From: a virus
Lineage: Duplodnaviria; Caudoviricetes
DNA length: 64,000 nt
IMG/VR virus record: IMGVR_UViG_3300025848_000001
Span: 55,838 to 119,837 of that record
Direction: 5' to 3' (one strand)
In this document: piece by piece, positions 59,387-64,000 of the stretch
Position numbering within the stretch: the stretch's first letter is position 1
Layout: the number at the start of each line of letters is the position of its first letter
Notes under the pieces: generated by a model
Told to the model about the DNA's origin: nothing
Database searches by the model: none
What the model saw: the letters and a program-made list of their open reading frames with translations, nothing else
Translations under genes and position numbers: made by a program

Positions 59387-60082
59387 TTAATTTTCTTTAA
59401 CATTTAAAATTATTGGATCTGCCTCATGAGATCCAATTTTGTTACCGAATTCATCCATTCCCTTTTTATATAATCTTAATCTTTTGCCAGTTTCTCTTAC
59501 TGATGCATGCAATGCATCAACATATTCTTTTCTGTCATTAGTTTTTGGGTATGGAAAATCTTCATTTAAAATTGTTATTGTTGAATTATTAAATTCTCCT
59601 ATTGATATCGGAAGGATACATCCAATATTTGTTCCTGCTGGTATTAAAATTTCTTTATTTGCAAACTCTGGTTTTATTCTCCATACAATAGATAGCTCTC
59701 CTGTAAAAAATGATGTAGCTAAAATTGTACTCAAGACCATTGCTTCTTCTAATGGTTCATTTGGTACTGGCATTGTTAATAAACTAATATTTTGATCTGA
59801 TTTAAATACTAAATTAGTAACAAAGCTTACCGTACCTTCGCTTCTTCCTGCATCTGACCATATATGATCTTTTCCTAAAATACCAACTGCTGCAGATTCT
59901 CTATCACCATTCCATTTAAAAGATATATCTTCATCATAATAAACACCATATCCAAAAACATTTGCTTGGGCTATTGGGAAACAACTGTAAGTACTAGAAT
60001 GCATCCATTCTCTTTGAAATTTTAATTGTCTTAATTTAGCACCCTTACCGTTTGTTCCTCTATAGGCAACTACATTATACAT
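59387..60082 (-). CDS. DUF6065-like protein
   Basis: REWM...Y.CFP...AN..GY, P.PN, IPAGT. Confidence 0.6.
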   Translation of the reverse strand: MYNVVAYRGTNGKGAKLRQLKFQREWMHSSTYSCFPIAQANVFGYGVYYDEDISFKWNGDRESAAVGILGKDHIWSDAGRSEGTVSFVTNLVFKSDQNISLLTMPVPNEPLEEAMVLSTILATSFFTGELSIVWRIKPEFANKEILIPAGTNIGCILPISIGEFNNSTITILNEDFPYPKTNDRKEYVDALHASVRETGKRLRLYKKGMDEFGNKIGSHEADPIILNVKEN

Positions 60083-60380
60083 TTTTCTCCTCCCTGAACT
60101 TTACTAAATCTTCTAGCACAGACCATTCTACAACTGCAAGTCTTGTTTTATCTTTTTCTCCAATAATAATTTTTAATAATGGATGCATATCCCTATCAAC
60201 TTTAAATGTATCTGTACATATTTTTGCCCAAACAGATTTATTTAAATTAAAAGAAGATTTTGATTCTTTATAATCAACAACAAAATTATACCATTTTGCA
60301 TCACCCTTTTGGTATTTTCCTCTTCCAGAATTTTTTTGAGCTTTTGCATTATCTCTTTTAATTTCAGATCTTTCAGTCAT
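60075..60380 (-). CDS. PD-(D/E)XK resolvase-like nuclease
   Basis: E, NSG, KGD, DYKE. Confidence 0.6.
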   Translation of the reverse strand: MTERSEIKRDNAKAQKNSGRGKYQKGDAKWYNFVVDYKESKSSFNLNKSVWAKICTDTFKVDRDMHPLLKIIIGEKDKTRLAVVEWSVLEDLVKFREEKNV

Positions 60381-61257
60381 TATCTCTCCCATCAACATAT
60401 GTTTCTTTATAAATTTTACCATTTTTATAAGGCATTACAATATTAGGATCATAGCTATAATCTGGATTATCAGTATCATACAATTTTTCTTCAGCAATTT
60501 TTATTTTTTTTTCTATTTCATTGTTATAAATTTCTGTTACTTTTTCAATTCCATATTTTTCTTTAAGTAAATTCCATTCAGAATCTCCTTCATATTCCCA
60601 CTTATGAAACATTCTAAAGAGATATTTATTGCCACTAGTAACTGGAAGTACTCCATGATAGTATGGATAAAATGACGGGAATACTATAATGTCTCCAGCT
60701 TCTGGTCTATATGTAAGTATTTCATTTGTTTGATCATTTAAAAAAGATATCTCTCCGCCAATGTAATCATCATTCATATATGCAGTTACAGTTAATACAA
60801 ATTTAAGATCACCAGAGGACATCTTCCATAGGTTTTGATCTACATGATAAAATAAAGCCATATCTCTTTCTGTTGTAATATCATATTTTAATATGTCTGC
60901 CTTGACACGAGTCCACGGTGGCGAACTTAAATCAAAATGATTTACAAAGCTTGGCCAATTTATTTTATCTTTATAAAATGATACATAGTCTTGTCCTACA
61001 TTTTTATAATTATTAAATAATTCATTTATAATTTCATATTGATCTGTTTTTTCTTCTATTTTTATGTCATAAAAATTATCAACAGTTTTTGCTATTTTAC
61101 CAAAAACTCCCCAATCCTGCCATTTAGTAATATATGTATCCTGGCTTATATTTTCACTTTGTTTTATTATATTAAATGTATTATTAATATCTTTAAACAT
61201 ATTTTTATAAACCAACACCCCTGGAAAAATTTCTTTTTTATTTAAATCTTTTATCAT
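60373..61257 (-). CDS. 2OG-Fe(II) oxygenase
   Basis: HVD, YMNDDYIGGE, FPS..PYYHGV..V.SG.KY. Confidence 0.85.
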   Translation of the reverse strand: MIKDLNKKEIFPGVLVYKNMFKDINNTFNIIKQSENISQDTYITKWQDWGVFGKIAKTVDNFYDIKIEEKTDQYEIINELFNNYKNVGQDYVSFYKDKINWPSFVNHFDLSSPPWTRVKADILKYDITTERDMALFYHVDQNLWKMSSGDLKFVLTVTAYMNDDYIGGEISFLNDQTNEILTYRPEAGDIIVFPSFYPYYHGVLPVTSGNKYLFRMFHKWEYEGDSEWNLLKEKYGIEKVTEIYNNEIEKKIKIAEEKLYDTDNPDYSYDPNIVMPYKNGKIYKETYVDGRDND

Positions 61258-62048
61258 GAAACTATAATTTCCTCAGCATTAACACTTATTTGCTGTAAAT
61301 CTTTATCAACATATTTTTTAATTTCTTGTAATACATCAACTTCTTCTGAGCTGGTTCCGACATATTCATATTTAAAAAATGATCTCATAAAATATCTATC
61401 TGCGCCTTCAAAAAATTTAACAGCGTGATAAAATGGAGAATGTGAAGGCATTATAACCAAATCACCCTCGCCTGGCTTATAAACATAGCTCTTATTAGAA
61501 ATTGAATCATATGCACATATTTCTCCACCGCTATAATTGCTGTTTAAATATATATTAATTGTAGCAACCAATTTTTTTGTAGAATAATCTTTTTCATGAT
61601 ACCAATCATCTACGTGATATGGCATCATAACTTGACCTATTTTTAAATTTCTATTCTTTAATTTATCATCTGACCATTTAAAAAAATCTAAATCATAATA
61701 AGTTGGTTCATGCAACATTTTGTTCCAATCATTTATAAATTTAGGCCAAATTGAATTACGTAAATTAAACTCATCAAAGTAATCTTTTCTAATAAAATCT
61801 AAAATATCTAAAAATTCTTGAATTATATTTTTTTGTTTTATTATTTCTTCTGAGTCAGAATTTAATATAGAATTATTCCACTCAAAAACTTCTTTGCGAG
61901 AACCTTGCTCAAACCAGTCATACCACTCGCCAATAATACAATTTTTAGAATTGAGCATATCTATCATTTCTTTATTATATTTAAAAATATTTTTATAAAT
62001 AACTATTTGAGGAGCAACTACAATTTTTTCAAAAGTATAATTTTTCAT
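61254..62048 (-). CDS. 2OG-Fe(II) oxygenase
   Basis: HVD, YLN.NYSGGE, PFYHAV...DRY. Confidence 0.82.
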   Translation of the reverse strand: MKNYTFEKIVVAPQIVIYKNIFKYNKEMIDMLNSKNCIIGEWYDWFEQGSRKEVFEWNNSILNSDSEEIIKQKNIIQEFLDILDFIRKDYFDEFNLRNSIWPKFINDWNKMLHEPTYYDLDFFKWSDDKLKNRNLKIGQVMMPYHVDDWYHEKDYSTKKLVATINIYLNSNYSGGEICAYDSISNKSYVYKPGEGDLVIMPSHSPFYHAVKFFEGADRYFMRSFFKYEYVGTSSEEVDVLQEIKKYVDKDLQQISVNAEEIIVS

Positions 62049-62242
62049 TGATTTACCTTTAAATTATTTTTATGCCCAGAGCTACATGTCCATGTCATAA
62101 TAAAATTCTCTTTATCCCAAAAATATTCAGAAGCATCTAGGTCGCATTTAAAACAAGGTTTAGAGCCAATAACTTTTTCTAAATGCTCTATGTCGCCTTC
62201 TGTTGGCTTTGGTCCAATGAATTCATTAATATTTGGCATCAA
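62045..62242 (-). CDS. small Zn-ribbon protein
   Basis: CFKC...C..GH. Confidence 0.55.
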   Translation of the reverse strand: MMPNINEFIGPKPTEGDIEHLEKVIGSKPCFKCDLDASEYFWDKENFIMTWTCSSGHKNNLKVNQ

Positions 62243-63230
62243 TCTCTTCCTTTAATTTGTTAACTACATCTGGATTATCTTTAAGATACTGGACGGCCTT
62301 TGCTCTACCTTGTAATCTTTCTCCATTTACGGTATACCATGCCCCGCCTTTTTCTACTATTCCACACATTTCTGCAACATCTAAAGTTTCTCCTACGCCA
62401 TCTACCCCTAATGTTTCTCCTTGGAAATAGAAGTCATACTGTCCAGATAAATTTGGGGGCCCAAGTTTGTTGTAATCAATAATCCAATTAACTGGTCTTC
62501 CGACTCTTTGTTCAATAATTTTATCGCCAACTTTAACGCCAGATTTGATAGCATTAGCCTCAGCCTCGGAAGACCAAAGCTTAATGACTGTGGAGGAAAA
62601 GAATTTGACTGCCATTCCTCCCGTAGGTATGTGGCTGGCATGCATAGACCCAAATTGATTTCTTTGCTGGGAAATGAGAACAAGTAATGTATTTTTGTTT
62701 GCATAATTTAACATCTTGACCGCATGGGTCATATCCTTTGCTTCTGCGCCTATTTGTTTTGTATCCTCAAGTTTTTTGAGTTCATCTGAATCTTTTTCAA
62801 AATATATTGCAGGAAGAAGAGCAGATATAGAATCAACTACAATTATATCTACTTCGGCTTCCATAAGTTGTGTTGCAACATCAACCATGTCATTAACTGT
62901 TTTTGCAGAAGAATATACAAGTTTTTCCGAGTCTACTCCAAGTTTTGATGCCCATAATGGATCATATGAATGCTCAGCATCTATCCAAGCGCAAACCTTT
63001 CCTTCTTTTTGTGCTTCTGCAATCATCTGTAAACAAAATGACGATTTACCTGCCGACTTATTTCCCCAAACTAAAACTTGTCTGCCAAAGCCAAGACCAC
63101 CTTTTAATGCAAGGTTTAGCCCAATGCTTGGAGTCTTCTGCTTTTCAACCTTAACATCAATTGCAGATTGAACTCTGTTTCTAGTTTTTGTATCTAGTTT
63201 TGCTAATATATCGTCTATTTGTAGTGTCAT
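62226..63230 (-). CDS. recA: RecA/UvsX-like recombinase
   Basis: GNKSAGKS, IDAEH, VVDSI, TGG....F, KGGAWY...QG. Confidence 0.92.
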   Translation of the reverse strand: MTLQIDDILAKLDTKTRNRVQSAIDVKVEKQKTPSIGLNLALKGGLGFGRQVLVWGNKSAGKSSFCLQMIAEAQKEGKVCAWIDAEHSYDPLWASKLGVDSEKLVYSSAKTVNDMVDVATQLMEAEVDIIVVDSISALLPAIYFEKDSDELKKLEDTKQIGAEAKDMTHAVKMLNYANKNTLLVLISQQRNQFGSMHASHIPTGGMAVKFFSSTVIKLWSSEAEANAIKSGVKVGDKIIEQRVGRPVNWIIDYNKLGPPNLSGQYDFYFQGETLGVDGVGETLDVAEMCGIVEKGGAWYTVNGERLQGRAKAVQYLKDNPDVVNKLKEEIDAKY

Positions 63231-63258
63231 TATTTTCTTTCTTTAGTATAGTATATCA

Positions 63259-63603
63259 TTAAAAACGATTTCCGTGAAGAGGTGGCCTAACTTTATTTTT
63301 ATCCATTTTATTTTGCAAAACCTCGTCAAGGCTATGAATAACAAATTCTTCATTACGCATAGCAGCATATAAATCTAATAATCTAATAATTGTATCTGCA
63401 ATTTCTTCTACAACTTTTTCAGACCCCTGATCTTTACGGATAGCTTCCAAAACTTCAGTAACTTCCGAATGTACAAGAGCAAGTTTATTGCCAATTTTGT
63501 CATAAGAGTATTCTCCATCCCAAAATCCTTTATCTTTTGCTGTTTCATGCAAAAGTGCAGAAAGTGCATCTAATCCGTAATCAGTCGGTAGGGAGTTCAT
63601 ATT
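63259..63603 (-). CDS. MazG-like NTP pyrophosphohydrolase
   Basis: HSEVTEVLEA, EEIAD..IR, K..KN..R. Confidence 0.8.
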   Translation of the reverse strand, partial: NMNSLPTDYGLDALSALLHETAKDKGFWDGEYSYDKIGNKLALVHSEVTEVLEAIRKDQGSEKVVEEIADTIIRLLDLYAAMRNEEFVIHSLDEVLQNKMDKNKVRPPLHGNRF

Positions 63604-63805
63604 CTCCTTGACCATCTTCTTCACGCAACTTGAATTCAAATGATAAATTTTCATCATTATAAGATACTGAAAGCTGCTTATCTTGATTATTAGCTTCCAT
63701 AAATAACTGGGTTGGAATTTCAATAGAACCTAATTTAGTTAAAACTGCTACTAATATTCTTGAAGCATTCATAGCCTGGAATATTTCTTCTGGTGTTTGT
63801 GTCAT
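63581..63805 (-). CDS. hypothetical protein
   Basis: AGGAG RBS. Confidence 0.55.
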   Translation of the reverse strand: MTQTPEEIFQAMNASRILVAVLTKLGSIEIPTQLFMEANNQDKQLSVSYNDENLSFEFKLREEDGQGEYELPTD

Positions 63806-64000
63806 TTTATCTCCTTAATCATTAAAGTGCCATCATCTAATTCTTTAGTAATTGGTTTGCATGTCATGCCATCCCTCATTTTAGCTAAGGCTACTGGATA
63901 CATACTTGCAAAAACAATGGCTCTTTTTAGATTTTTATATTTATCAGACATTACTATGTGAGCCATAGTCTGTCCTTTTTTCGTTTTATACGGAGTAAAG
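63802..64000 (-). CDS. dnaE: C-terminal OB-fold end of probable DNA polymerase III alpha subunit (partial)
   Basis: TKKGQTMA.I..SD......IVF..Y pattern. Confidence 0.6.
   Translation of the reverse strand, partial: FTPYKTKKGQTMAHIVMSDKYKNLKRAIVFASMYPVALAKMRDGMTCKPITKELDDGTLMIKEIK

Noticed and set aside
2784-63230. Stop-codon recoding, inteins or introns in nrdJ, terL and recA
   Set aside because: Core genes are continuous and of normal length in the standard code; no suppressor tRNA was seen.

Overview
A 64-kb piece of a large, AT-rich lytic tailed phage of Actinomycetota. Evidence is WhiB, an Lsr2 domain, AhpC/AhpD, an MSMEG_6728-family protein, actinobacterial GAAAGGA ribosome-binding sites, terminase, RecA, a Cas4-like nuclease, RuvC, SSB, a DnaE C-terminus and a class II RNR. 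A low-GC freshwater host such as Nanopelagicales is my inference. Layout: tail/lysis/RNR genes (1-4.7 kb, minus); a short plus-strand block; a plus-strand island of about 35 tiny, probably early genes (9.7-20.7 kb); then a long minus-strand arm with 8 of the window's 10 2OG-Fe(II) oxygenase genes on that strand side, sulfo-/carbamoyl-transferases, redox enzymes, 7 of the 8 tRNAs, and packaging and recombination genes. The most striking signal is non-coding and lies in the 9.7-21 kb island: (i) 16 same-strand copies of TGTCRG(T/A)N-N8-TAnnnT, matching the actinobacterial PafBC-dependent DNA-damage promoter (RecA-NDp); (ii) 7 perfect and 3 near-perfect CRP boxes, GACAC (WhiA-like) boxes and two perfect DnaA boxes; (iii) a fixed-spacing GCCCGCA-N24-TTACG element heading each module; (iv) a candidate sRNA with its own promoter and terminator whose loop is complementary to the leader/RBS shared by the island's genes. 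Together these suggest a phage regulon switched on by host stress regulators and switched off by a phage antisense RNA. All protein calls are from motif recognition by eye; no database searches were run.
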